Shown: positions 24,552 to 36,228 of the stretch, in pieces
Layout: the number at the start of each line of letters is the position of its first letter
Position numbering within the stretch: position 1 is the first letter of the stretch
Source: Sporopachydermia quercuum
Lineage: Eukaryota
Direction of reading: 5' to 3'
NCBI GenBank assembly: GCA_001599295.1
Contig: BCGN01000008.1
Location: 806,001 to 870,000 of the forward strand
Length of the DNA: 64,000 nt
Translations under genes and position numbers: made by a program
Notes under the pieces: model-generated
What the model saw: the letters and a program-made list of their open reading frames with translations, nothing else
The model's database searches: none
Told to the model about the DNA's origin: nothing

Positions 24552-26576
24552 GCTGTAGCGTCTTTTTTTGCTAGTTTAATGTAAACTGCAGTAACCAACG
24601 AGATAAGATATTCTTTCTTGATCAGAAATTAAGTAAAGCTATAACCGATATAGCATAACTTACGACATTGAGATCTTCAGAGTTAAGCAATGGAACGAAC
24701 CTTTTATCAGCTGAAAATATGGTATTTCGTATTGAATAAAAAGTTGAATCAATTATCAATGAACTATATTTTATTGTATCATTTTGACTTCTTGAAGAAG
24801 ATATTGATATTTTCCGCCAACATATTACAGCAAACTAGTACATTAGAAAATTTAAAACCCTTCTTTCAAGGATTCTTTATACGAGTAGTATTTTTTTATA
24901 TTGATAGACTCGGGACTGGTCTTTAAGGTTTAACTCTTAAAAATTAAGCTATACTATAGAAACCTTAACTACACAGTGGTAAGAGATAAGGAGTTTGGGA
25001 GAGTAAGGTATCTGTTNCGGTAATATGCTGAATGTGGATGAGAAAGGAAAATTAGGTCAGAATCCATGAGGAGAAAAGTATTGACAGAGGAAGTGGAATA
25101 AATTACTGAATGCCGGTAATAAACGGTGCATAGTTTTCAGGTTTACAGGACTTATTGTGGAGATTTATAAAAGGGATCATTATTATATTGCCAATTAAAT
25201 CATAATACACACATACAGCAATATTTTCCGTTGTTCAACCAAAATAAGATTGGCAATAAATAGAGCATTATTAATCGATGATATGGGATATGTTTATCAA
25301 CGGGAAACATACGAAAAGCGGTTATGGATTATAAGCTTGATGATATCTTGATATTTAATTGANCATTTATAAGCTATTTTAGCAGCTGAATGTTAATACC
25401 AATTCTTCTATTTGCTCATCGACAGTCGGTGATCCTTTAGTCTTATATTCATTGCGGATCATTCTCTGACCGATGATCGGACGCATAATTATGCATACCA
25501 AGTGGGCTTGTTATCTTCGTACATGAGAGGCTCCACAGCTCATTTATTACAAATGCAGTTCACCAATTGAAGGAAAAAGAGAACATGTAGATTTCACTAC
25601 AAGAAATGATGAGTGGTTGAAGATTTCCATGATAGGCTGTTGAATTTATCGAACAATTATAATCATCAAATAAGAGTACTCTACTACTCTTGAATTTCAT
25701 AAGAGCATCCGTTAAACATAATCGATCTCTTATTACAGAAATGAACAAGAAGAGACGAGATATAGGTCTCAAAGTCGGATTAATATGCAAGTCTATGCAT
25801 AGTGTTTTCATAGGCGTTTCAGAGGCTTAAGTTACTACTAGAAGTAAAAATTAGTGGATGAGATGAGAACGGAATATACATCCTACAATGGTTATATTTA
25901 TATAGCAGCTTGCGCTTAGTTTCAATCGANGAAAAAGGATTCAGCTGAGAGAGTATTATAACCAGTTGTGACATTTGGCGCTTAAGAATATTAGATGTCA
26001 TTTATTGTCTTATTTCCACCGCCTGTTATTGAATAATAATGCTCATATTTAATTTTCATGATCTTCGAACTATGAAAATCTTCAACACTGATGGCTTTCC
26101 TTACTTCCAGATGAAATTCTCTTGTTGTATGCAATTCCCGCAGTTCGTATTTTTTCCTTTACATTTAATGAATAATCAAAAGCAACTTCCTGCAAGTATA
26201 CATTAACATGCATTGTAATTTATTTCTTCTCAAAACCTAAACCTCATCAAATGGACAGTCNATCCGGGACATCACCTACTTAACTATCGGATGAACCATC
26301 TTATACTTCTCTTAGGAAGACGATATGAAATAATTAGAACAGACAGATAATAGTATCATCAATTAATTTAAAGCATAAATAAGAAACAGTCATTATTGTT
26401 GTTTCCGGACTAGAAATTTGATTCCTCTGTATACTGATACTAATATTGTGATAGAAGAGTCCTAAGTCCCCTCGCATTATTGTTTACATCGTTTGCGTGT
26501 TCTGCGAGGTACTCGTATTTTGATAGCCAGCCTAACAAATTAAAGAAGTTCCTAGCAGATAATTAAGTCAGAACTA

Positions 26577-29483
26577 ATGGAAGAGCTTCAGGATGTATTT
26601 CACCCTGCTCTAAGGGATGTTTCCAAGCCAAAAGTAGATTCACACTCAAATGTAAATGATGATATATATGGTAACTCTTTTACTCCTATTGCTGAAGGAG
26701 TATCCACAATTATCTCTAATGATACATCTGGAGACCGACTAGAAGGTGCAGTATTTACAACAGAGATATCTCCCGAATTGAAGTCATCAAAAGGAAAATC
26801 ACTGAAAAGAAAATCAAATAACTCACCTGATAAATCAATCAAAAGATCAAAGATTCCTTCTCATTATAAAAAGTTTATCGCTAAGCATTATCAATCACTA
26901 GCAGAAGGCAAGAAACGCCATTGGGTTTATTCTCACTACACATTAATAGGAGAAAGACCTTCTTATAGCGCTAATAATACTGTTGACTCAGATGATCCAG
27001 ATTTTGACTATACTGATGTGTTCTGGGTCTGTAAGCATTGTGGAAGACAAGTTGTAAGAGAATCTACGCGATATGAAAATAATGTTAAGCTCCGACATCA
27101 TCTAGCTATCAAGGGATTACATGGCTCATACTTCTGGGACAATAAAGGTGTTAGACATGAAATCAGTAACGAGGAAGACATAAAAAGTACGGGGAGAAAT
27201 GTGAGATCAAAAATGACATATTACGAAAGTAAACCCCGGTTCAAATTCGATGTAGGGAAGTCGGGAGCTGACGACCACTCAGTATATTCCAGTATAAATG
27301 GAAGAGAAACAGATGACAATGTAGTTGAAGATGATAATTTAATGGAAATGACTATCAAAAAGATTGATGAAGTGACTGTGAAATCTGGAAATGAAGTAGA
27401 GACGGAAAAGTCCTCTGAGCAACTGCGAGAACAGTTTTTTGCTCACACGTTAAAGTTTGTTGCTGCAACAGGTATGCCATTTGCGTTAGTATACACTGAT
27501 CCAATGATGAGATTACTAGCAGCAAAGTCTCAAATGACTTTTGATGTCAATAGTAATCAAGGAAACAGTTTAAGACTTTATGCTGATAGATTCTTTTCTA
27601 TGTATAAGCAGTCCATCAAACGTCTATTGGATGTAAATGCGGTTAGTATTTGCATTGTGGTTGATAGTTGGACAGTAATGACTGACTTGGATGGCCCGGA
27701 ACCCTGTGAAGTGTATGGTGTATTTGGTTCATTAATAGATGCCAAGTTTAAACCTGTGAAGGTGCTACTTGATGTTGTGAGAATCCCTGGACTAGACGAT
27801 ATATATAATGAAGCCATTGGGATTGAGAAGCGGTCTGAATTACAACAACAATACTTAATCAATGGTTTACTTGATATACTATGTTTTTATGAGTTAGAGG
27901 AAAAAGTGTTGACATTCTGTGGTGATCATAAGAATACATTACTGATGGCTTCTATTAAACATTTATCGGACAAGCTTGTAAAGAGGTTATCAACTACTAT
28001 CAATAATCATAGTGGTAGTAGATTCATGTTTGATTTGCCGTTTGTTAAGAGCATTAACAGCGTATTCAAACAAATATATAAAAATTTGATTGCAAGTATT
28101 TTGACATCATCAACGACTAAAGAAGAACCATTGTCGCTAGAAATGGAGATTCTCACTAAGGTATCGATTTTTGTCAAACATATATCCGAGAATTTTGATA
28201 CCTGGATGAGATATGAATCAGATATTCGACCAGGTAACGTCATCCCACTGTCATCAGTAGTACGATTGTTGGAGGAATCAAATACTTTTAGTGTAGAATC
28301 AGAATATTATTATTCAACCATTGTACCTTTATTATCAGGTATGCTTTTCTACAGAGACTCAGTAATAGCTTATGCTGAAAATTTTCCTGAGCTAGAGGTA
28401 CCAGCAGTCAATTTAGAAACGTGGGGATATATGTATTTGCTCAATAGATCATTGGAACCGTTACACTCCTTCTTGGGGATAAGCAGTCTTCCAAATGCTT
28501 CAGTTCANGCATCAGGATATGATTTTGATGTTCTGTGCAGACACTTGTATCATTGCAAGAATGAAACAGTGAGATATTCTGTTCAAAAAAGCTCTATTGA
28601 AGTATCGCCGAGTTTTAGCTTTGCATCTGCATTGATTTCCTGCTATAATGAATGCATGGAATACTATAGTAAACTCTCAACATCTCCTTTCTATGTAACT
28701 GCTGCTTTACTGTCGCCTGATAATGCTAGATTTCACTTACCAGTCGTTGCTGCTTACTCTACAGGTAGAACTCCAGACTCATTAGATAACGTTAATGTTG
28801 ATAACATGGAAATTAACGAATTGGTTTCTAATGTGTCTTCCTTCTGTGATAAGCAATGCAAGCTGCNGTTAGACGGTAAAAGCTGGACCGAAGTCATTTA
28901 TGAGTATCTGGAGGAAGTAAAACAAGTCGGTCAAATATTTGGTGATATCTTTCAGTTTTGGAAACACCATGGATCTAATTGGCCCACTATGTCTAAAATT
29001 GCAAGAGATATACTATGTGTTCCAATGGCTAATGAGAATGTTTTAGATTTATTATTGAAACCGGTTTCACTGAAAAGTACTGCTGGAATAACAGGACCTT
29101 CTGTTTCTGCTGCTATTTCTAGTTTAGGTTTCAATACTAATATTGATTTTGGATTGACTAATATACAACTGGCAGCAGCAGCAGCAGCTGAAGCTGGTAT
29201 AAATCATGGAAGCATCCAGTTAGGAGATAATTATAGTCGAGCTTCTACTGAATATGGGACTAGTAGTAACCATGAAGGTATTCCCAGTCGTACCANTAAT
29301 AGTGGAACATCTGGTATGACGTATCAAGGACAAGAGGGATATTCAATCAAAGAGGACGAGCTAGATTTAATGTTAGGAAAGAAGATAAATAAAGGGAAAG
29401 TGTCATTGTCGGGCTTGAAAGCAGCTATTTTGCTTAAGTTTTTCGTATCGGAGGAGACAGCTTGGAGTAGTATAATGAGTTAG
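26577..29483 (+). CDS. hAT-transposase-derived protein (BED zinc finger, RNase H-like core, hATC dimerization domain); probably domesticated and catalytically degenerate
   Basis: BED: HWVYSHY...VCKHCG...LRHHLAIKGLH. KFVAATGMPFALV. D1: VVDSWT. D2: LTFCGDH. AALLSP. hATC: EVIYEYL...IFQFWKHHGSNWPTMSKIARDILCVP. CxxH, RW and the SxxxERxFS Glu are absent. No TIR or TSD seen. Confidence 0.85.
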   Translation: MEELQDVFHPALRDVSKPKVDSHSNVNDDIYGNSFTPIAEGVSTIISNDTSGDRLEGAVFTTEISPELKSSKGKSLKRKSNNSPDKSIKRSKIPSHYKKFIAKHYQSLAEGKKRHWVYSHYTLIGERPSYSANNTVDSDDPDFDYTDVFWVCKHCGRQVVRESTRYENNVKLRHHLAIKGLHGSYFWDNKGVRHEISNEEDIKSTGRNVRSKMTYYESKPRFKFDVGKSGADDHSVYSSINGRETDDNVVEDDNLMEMTIKKIDEVTVKSGNEVETEKSSEQLREQFFAHTLKFVAATGMPFALVYTDPMMRLLAAKSQMTFDVNSNQGNSLRLYADRFFSMYKQSIKRLLDVNAVSICIVVDSWTVMTDLDGPEPCEVYGVFGSLIDAKFKPVKVLLDVVRIPGLDDIYNEAIGIEKRSELQQQYLINGLLDILCFYELEEKVLTFCGDHKNTLLMASIKHLSDKLVKRLSTTINNHSGSRFMFDLPFVKSINSVFKQIYKNLIASILTSSTTKEEPLSLEMEILTKVSIFVKHISENFDTWMRYESDIRPGNVIPLSSVVRLLEESNTFSVESEYYYSTIVPLLSGMLFYRDSVIAYAENFPELEVPAVNLETWGYMYLLNRSLEPLHSFLGISSLPNASVXASGYDFDVLCRHLYHCKNETVRYSVQKSSIEVSPSFSFASALISCYNECMEYYSKLSTSPFYVTAALLSPDNARFHLPVVAAYSTGRTPDSLDNVNVDNMEINELVSNVSSFCDKQCKLXLDGKSWTEVIYEYLEEVKQVGQIFGDIFQFWKHHGSNWPTMSKIARDILCVPMANENVLDLLLKPVSLKSTAGITGPSVSAAISSLGFNTNIDFGLTNIQLAAAAAAEAGINHGSIQLGDNYSRASTEYGTSSNHEGIPSRTXNSGTSGMTYQGQEGYSIKEDELDLMLGKKINKGKVSLSGLKAAILLKFFVSEETAWSSIMS

Positions 29484-31651
29484 ATGTTATGCAACATATA
29501 GCTCCGGCCCGAGTCAACCAAAGATAGGTGATGTGAAGGCAAAGAATGAAATTGTATAATAGGAATAAATTAAATGTTAGTTGATCCCCCTGCAATTGNT
29601 TAATTGTACTGATCGACATCAGTGTCATATAACGTTGTATATCATTGAAAGGCCAGTAGGTAGGAGTTCACTCAATGGAATCAATTGAGTTTGAAGTTTA
29701 TTTAATAATGCATGTAACTGCATAGGTTGTTAGAGCTTATCACAGAGCAATTGATCATTTTCCCCAAATCGGTAATTAAACCATGAGATAAGAATCATTG
29801 TATTACTCATCAAATGATTTATCTATCGAACTTCCGGATGAATATTGATTTTTCCTACAATATAGGAAATTGACTGTCAAACTGTTATATAACGTTTGAG
29901 GTGCACTGAATGCCATAGATTCATATANAATGCTTTATCCTTTCTTATCAAGACGAAATTTCCTGCCTGTTTAGGAACCAATCATCGCCTGGTCTTTCTT
30001 TTCCTTTCTTTCTATATCCTTTAACTTTTTCTTTCCTTATCGATCAGTTACTTAACGTTATATTAATTTGTCCTTTTATTACATGGCTAGAGTTCTCATG
30101 TTGAATATCTCTACCATTTCTATATATTTGATGGGATTCGGTTCGTAACTTGTATGTGACGCAAAATGATTATCGAGATCACTTTACATTGTTGTTAAGT
30201 TGGTAACTGACTTTTATTATATTTATAGATTTCATGTTAGCGCTTATTGATATTATTAACAACAAATGGCCATGTTAATAACTATGCATATAATATTATC
30301 AATAAACTATTCAAATAGCACGTCGTCCAGTTTTTCAATTCGCTCACTAAAGAGCAAGACCATTAGAGATATGCTTCTTGCATCCTACAGGATATGCTCC
30401 TTAAGGTAGTCACTATCATATTCTTTCCCGGTGTCTTTATCCTACATCATGTTCTGGGATTGTTGCTCTGTTGGAAAACACCATCATTCGGGTCAGTCCA
30501 AAAGTATCTCTAANACTGACATGATGATATCCTAAAAGCTTCCAGAGCTTCTTCCATGATTATCGTAGCTTGGATGAGTTATTTTCAATGAGAACTTTCG
30601 TTTCTGACTCTTTTAAGGTTGCTTTAATCTTTTTCTTCCTTTTCTTGGCAGCTTTTCTTTCGATTACATTTAGTTTTTTTTTCTCTTTTTCAATGGGTAC
30701 ACCAATACTATTGATCTAATCTTCTTTTTTGTAAAGGATGTATCATTCAAATTTTGTTCCTTGGTTAACTAATGATTACAGAGTGAGTGTAACTATATGA
30801 CACGTTAGAACGAGGCGATGTAGTTGGACTCAAGTTATTCGTACATTCTTATAGTAATGATCAATCAAATTTTTATAATCTAAACAGTTTATTTTATCCT
30901 TTACAGGCTCTCAAGTATTTTTTGTATTCAGTTAAGATACATTAATATGCAGCAATAATAGGATATGAATCGCAAGGTACAGTTCACTGGTCTGTAAGCT
31001 TCCTTCACTTGCATAAACATTAATGTCTATCTAAAACTGTAAAACGCAAGCAGTCTAAACATGTGACCTTATCTGTCCCATCTCTGGAATATCTCCTCTA
31101 TTTCCGTATCTCTATGATGCCCCCTCCATATTAATGATGAGTTCAATTACTATCGCCATTTCGTCATTTGCTCATCTTATTATTTGTTAATGAGATAAAT
31201 CATTAGACGATTTTAGTTATTAGTTGTAGGCAGGTTTATAAAACTTGGGCAATTTCCATAACGTTCTTAAGGTCTAGGAAAAATAGGAAGTTGAAAGAAA
31301 TGAAAAATTATTACAGATATTACATATAATACATATTTAATAGTAATGTCATTGAGAACAGTACTACCTATTATTTATGCATCGAGAGTGGAAGAATTAG
31401 GACGTTGAGAATAGCAAGAGAGAAAGATCTTGAGGGATTAAGGAAAGTAATTAGAGGATCAGAAGTTATGTCCTAGATGTCTTTCTTGGTGTGAAAATAT
31501 ATATGGAGTATCAATATTTGAAAGTCATTTGATCCAGAATACCCACGGTATACAAGAATTAATGAAGATTTGATCATCATCGTTGACACTGGTAGTAATT
31601 CAGAACACAATTGCAACACAACAGCAATAGCACTTCTAGAAAACTCTCAAA

Positions 31652-33412
31652 ATGTCAAATTCTCAGTTGTCTGAAAGTTCACAATTGATGAATAGTCATT
31701 CATACAGCCCGGAATCAACATATCAATCAACCAGAGAGATTGATCCTTTATCTCCATTACATCACAGAGTTTCGTTTACAGACTCAAGTGATGCAGAGTA
31801 TCTAGAAAGCATAATCATTGAAGAGTCAGAGGAAGACCAAAAGAAATTCCATGAACTTATCTTAAAAGAGTTCCAAGAATATCCTTGGTATAAACGTCCT
31901 AGCCCGACATTACTTGGGGTGGTGTTAGTTATATACATGATAGGACAAGGATCTGTTTTATCGGCGAAAATAACAAGTGTGGTCGAATTGGTATGCAAAA
32001 GTTACGCCGAAGAACATAGCCTCAATCTTGAGTTTTCGAAGGTTGATGGAGGGAACTTCAATGAAATTTGTTTGAGTCCTGCAGTGCAGAAAAAGACATC
32101 CAACTTTCAATTATGGTGTCAAGTTACATTAGCTGTATTGGCTTCCTTATCGTGTGGCAGATTGGGTGAACTTTCTGATCGATTTGGTAGGAAGCCAATA
32201 TTATACTTCATACTTTTTTCAACTTTCTTCGCTGAGTGTGTATTCTTATATGCTCTTACCTCCAAATCGAAATGGGCATTAGCTCAGGTATTAATTTCCA
32301 ATGCTTTAGAGGGTATGGGCGGAGGAATTATGTTGATGCTTGCAATGTGTAATTCCTATGCAACAGATTGCACTGACTCTGTTCAAAGATCAAAGGTTAT
32401 TGGCTCTTTTTTAGCTATGATTTTTATAGGAATGGCTCTTGGACCTTTGATTGGTAGTTCTGTTATTTCAGAATTTGGCAGCACTTGTTATGCTCTTATA
32501 GTTGAAATAGGTTGTATTGTCACGTCCTTGTTGTTCCTGCTAGTTCTTGTTCCTGAATCACGAGCCCGAAGAGCAAGAAGAAAGTCGAAATCAGTTTATT
32601 TTGCTAAGAAGACGAGACGAAGATTATCTATAGATGGCGAGAGTAGAGCACAGTTTATCAAGCATGAACTAAACCTATTGGAACCTTTGAAAATCTTCCA
32701 TCGTTGCGTTCAAAACAGATCTGCTACTGAGAAATTGAATATACTGTTCTTGTTGATAATAGATTTCGTGTTTTTTGGTATAGCTTTCGGTGCTGCTACT
32801 CCCATTGTTTTCTATACCCAACGACGCTTCAAATGGACTGCAGTTGATTTAGGATATTATCTTTCGATTGGAGGAACCAGTCGAGCGATTATACTATTAA
32901 TTGTGTTACCGTCTTTACTTCAGTTCTTAAGAAAACGTCTGACTATTAATGAATCAGGACTAGACAAGATTGACATTCTTCTTGTTCAAGTAGGAACTAT
33001 GACAGAGCTCCTTGGAGTAATCGGACAAGGAAGCACATCTAAAGGAAGTGTTTTTGTTTCCTTTGCTGTTCTCACTTCTTTAGGAACATTAGCAGCAACA
33101 GGTATTCAATCAGCGTTGATTAAATTTGTATCCAGCAATAAAGTTGGTGAACTATTAGGAGCTCTTGCTTTATTTCATAACTTAGAGAGAATATTCATGC
33201 CGATTGCTTTTATTAGTTTATACAGTATGACTGTTGAGAATTACCCTGGTGCGTTTTATTTGAGCTTGATGATGTTAATAGGAATTGCTACTTTATGCAG
33301 TCTCGGTCTCACTGCTAAGTTCAATGAAGAGCCATTATCAGACTCCGAAGAGAATGGAAATAAATATGTTACTGCAGTTAACAATGACATTGAAACCGAA
33401 GTCGTAAACTAA
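31652..33412 (+). CDS. MFS transporter (YJL163C / SLC46-like group)
   Basis: PWYKRPSP, MFS motif A GRLGELSDRFGRKP, SYATDCT, LVPES, VGELLGA. About 12 hydrophobic segments. Confidence 0.85.
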   Translation: MSNSQLSESSQLMNSHSYSPESTYQSTREIDPLSPLHHRVSFTDSSDAEYLESIIIEESEEDQKKFHELILKEFQEYPWYKRPSPTLLGVVLVIYMIGQGSVLSAKITSVVELVCKSYAEEHSLNLEFSKVDGGNFNEICLSPAVQKKTSNFQLWCQVTLAVLASLSCGRLGELSDRFGRKPILYFILFSTFFAECVFLYALTSKSKWALAQVLISNALEGMGGGIMLMLAMCNSYATDCTDSVQRSKVIGSFLAMIFIGMALGPLIGSSVISEFGSTCYALIVEIGCIVTSLLFLLVLVPESRARRARRKSKSVYFAKKTRRRLSIDGESRAQFIKHELNLLEPLKIFHRCVQNRSATEKLNILFLLIIDFVFFGIAFGAATPIVFYTQRRFKWTAVDLGYYLSIGGTSRAIILLIVLPSLLQFLRKRLTINESGLDKIDILLVQVGTMTELLGVIGQGSTSKGSVFVSFAVLTSLGTLAATGIQSALIKFVSSNKVGELLGALALFHNLERIFMPIAFISLYSMTVENYPGAFYLSLMMLIGIATLCSLGLTAKFNEEPLSDSEENGNKYVTAVNNDIETEVVN

Positions 33413-34820
33413 TGTATTGTACGATTTCTTGGTTATTTTGGACGAGATTTGACATTGAAGTTTTGGTTGGCTAATTCTGAACTTGATATAAATGATTACT
33501 ATAGAATATTCGGAAACTGAGTAAAGAGAATGTTAGGTCCATGGGAAAGGATGGGATAGGATTTCGGATGAGGTAGATAGTATAGGTAGTTGTTTGGGTA
33601 ATACTTTTATGGCTCTAATAATAGTGATTTTTATTATAATACTGTAGTATAGCTAGTATTGGTTGTAAGTATTTTTGTAAGTCACACTTCGTTGGTCTAA
33701 TGGAAGGACTTGTGGGGAAAAAGAAAGTATGAAGAATGTGTATACAAGTTTAGTATATTAATAAGGTTCCGCTGCTCCGAAATAAGGTTTGATGTTTTGA
33801 GTAGTTGCAGCAGCTGTGCATTGGTGAGCTAGCTTTTCTATATTATGCTCTGTGAGATGATGAGACATGGAAAAGGAACAACCTGATACAGCTTTGAGCA
33901 AGAGAAAGAGGGCAATCATCAGATCTTTAGTAATTGTTATATCTCAAGCAAATAAATATGTTTTTGTTCTGTTTANTAAATATGTTGTCTGATAAAATCA
34001 ACTGTTGCTTACTAAATTCGTGTCTTCAATATGGTTTAAGTTTTAGCTGGCATTGAACTTTAACAGACTCCTCCATAATCATAGTAAAAATTACAAAATG
34101 TTCTATTTGGGGATTATTTGAGAAGTGAATTTTATAAGCACTACTAAGCGAACCCTTTTGTTAATTATGATTGTTAGTTTGATGAAACTCTTTTTTGATA
34201 TTCATTCGATCTGAATGAATAATAAACCTGAACTCTCTTTCGTTACTGTATCTGAATACAGTTGAGCTCATCCGCAGCACTAAACTCAATTTAATATTAA
34301 ATTTTATTTTGTCAACGCTAATATCAATTTTCTATTAGTTTCCTAGCACTTCCTGACCCAATTAACATACTTTCANACAATTTTTTAATATATAGACATT
34401 TCTTCATTGAACATTCATTTATATATTCTTTACTTTCTTTTCTAATTGAACTCCTTTCATGAATTCANCATATCGATTGCTATTCGGTTTCCAAACGTTA
34501 TATTTTCATGCATCATCTAGCATGAACTATAACTTTATTGATGCTTCTCATCCCTTTTCATTCTCCTCCGCATTTTGTCTCTTCTTTCTTTCTGGTCAAT
34601 TGTCTTTATTGTTGTTTGCTTGATTGTTGTATAGCTCTCCATATCTACAATGGAAAGAAAGAGTATCCCTAATATTCCAGTATTATATGTGGATAAACAC
34701 TGGATCATGATCAGTAGATTTTTGACATTCTGCTGACGAGTTCTTTGATCAATCAGACTATCGATTAGATTTTCTGTAACTTTCCTTTCAAATCCTTTTT
34801 TTCTTAAATTGCCTCTCACT

Positions 34821-35567
34821 ATGAGCTCTATTAATGATTCCCAAGCATCAATTGCTGCTGAATTTGCTAAATTCACACCATGTGATGTGTCTGATGCTCT
34901 CGTCAAGAATAGCATCAAAACTGGTGGTTATTTCCCCAATCTGACAAGAGTCTCTGCTGGCACCGACGAAACAATATCTGGACCAGCTTATACTGTCCTA
35001 TATGCTCCTTTAGATGATCCGAGACCTGCTATCAAAGGTGGTTATATTGATTCAGCTCCCAAAGGTTCTGTTGTAGTAATAGCTACTACGGTTGACACTC
35101 AATCTCAGTATGCTCCATATACTGCTTTCACTAATGCTCTCTATGGTGGTCTCATGTCTACAAGAGCTCAATATTTGGGTTGTAAAGGATCGGTTATTTT
35201 TGGAAGAATCAGAGATGTGAACGAGCATAGAGATTTAAAATATCCTGTATTTTCCTATGGCATTGGTACTACAGCTCCTGGACCAGTAGTTAAAGTGGTG
35301 GGTGTAAATGTACCACTGACGATCAAGGTGCTCTCTGCTGAGGTCTCAGGGAAAGATTCTGTTGAGAAGACAATATATCCTGGAGATTATGTTGTCGGGG
35401 ATGAAAACGGTATTGTTGTTGTTCCTGGTAACGATGAGACTTTCGTTGCTAAAGTACTCAAAGATATTCCTCCTAGAGTTGAGGCTGATCAGTTAGTAGC
35501 TAAAGATATTAGAAAGGGTATTCCAGCTGGTGAAGCTCAGAAGAACCGTAGAAAGGCACTGCTATAG
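34821..35567 (+). CDS. RraA-like HMG aldolase / oxaloacetate decarboxylase (YER010C family)
   Basis: TPCDVSDAL, GPAYTVLY, ALYGGLMSTRA, GRIRD, PGDYVVGDENGIVVVP. First ATG at 34821; the track starts at an upstream TTG. Confidence 0.9.
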   Translation: MSSINDSQASIAAEFAKFTPCDVSDALVKNSIKTGGYFPNLTRVSAGTDETISGPAYTVLYAPLDDPRPAIKGGYIDSAPKGSVVVIATTVDTQSQYAPYTAFTNALYGGLMSTRAQYLGCKGSVIFGRIRDVNEHRDLKYPVFSYGIGTTAPGPVVKVVGVNVPLTIKVLSAEVSGKDSVEKTIYPGDYVVGDENGIVVVPGNDETFVAKVLKDIPPRVEADQLVAKDIRKGIPAGEAQKNRRKALL

Positions 35568-36228
35568 ATTTAAAGATAAGAATGAGATGAATGAGATTGT
35601 GAGAATAGATAATGATATGAAAATAACTTATCTATTGTTAGTAATTGACATTTGACAATTTGATTGATTGAATTCAAAGTTTAGTGAATGGGAAGCTAGT
35701 ACGATAAATAAGTAATCGAAGAGTTGGTATGTTTATAATAATGAATAATAAGAGAGATATTAAACTACTGTAATTATTTTCTTTCTGCAGCGATTGATTA
35801 AGCGATAAATAACTGAGAGTCAGAATTAAGTTTCCAAGTAATTATACAGTATCTACTGATCGTACATCACATTGGTATCGTAATATCATAGTATGAGGCC
35901 ACTCGCTTATGATCGCCCTTTTAACTGAACTTATTGAAATCTTGTACTAGATTAAAAATTAAGATACTAAGCTTTTGGTTGGGCTACTGAACTTGATACT
36001 CACCAACCATAGAACGATTTGAGTATGATGCCCAAAAGCATACCTATGTAGATCCAGTAATGCACTGGATGCATTATCGATGATTCATCAATACCCTTAA
36101 TTATACTGATACAACATCATGTTCCATTCGCCATTGANAATCTTGTTCTTTGGGCGACTGACAGACTGACGTCTTTCTGTTCATGTATACTTCCATATTT
36201 ATACATTTACATAAACATGTTCCAACTC

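Noticed and set aside
24552..31651. Intact autonomous hAT element with TIRs around the transposase-like ORF
   Set aside because: No matching terminal inverted repeats or 8-bp TSD found by eye, and the catalytic motifs are degenerate. An einverted run would be needed to exclude it fully.
33671..33682. ATTTTT|GTAAGT resembling the Sm-site/5' splice-site end of fungal telomerase RNA
   Set aside because: Only about 260 nt downstream of the MFS stop, with no template-like repeat or good branch site nearby.
22594..35567. GGCT-ILT1-hAT-MFS-RraA as a metabolic gene cluster
   Set aside because: No shared pathway or shared motif; the spacing and orientation are ordinary.
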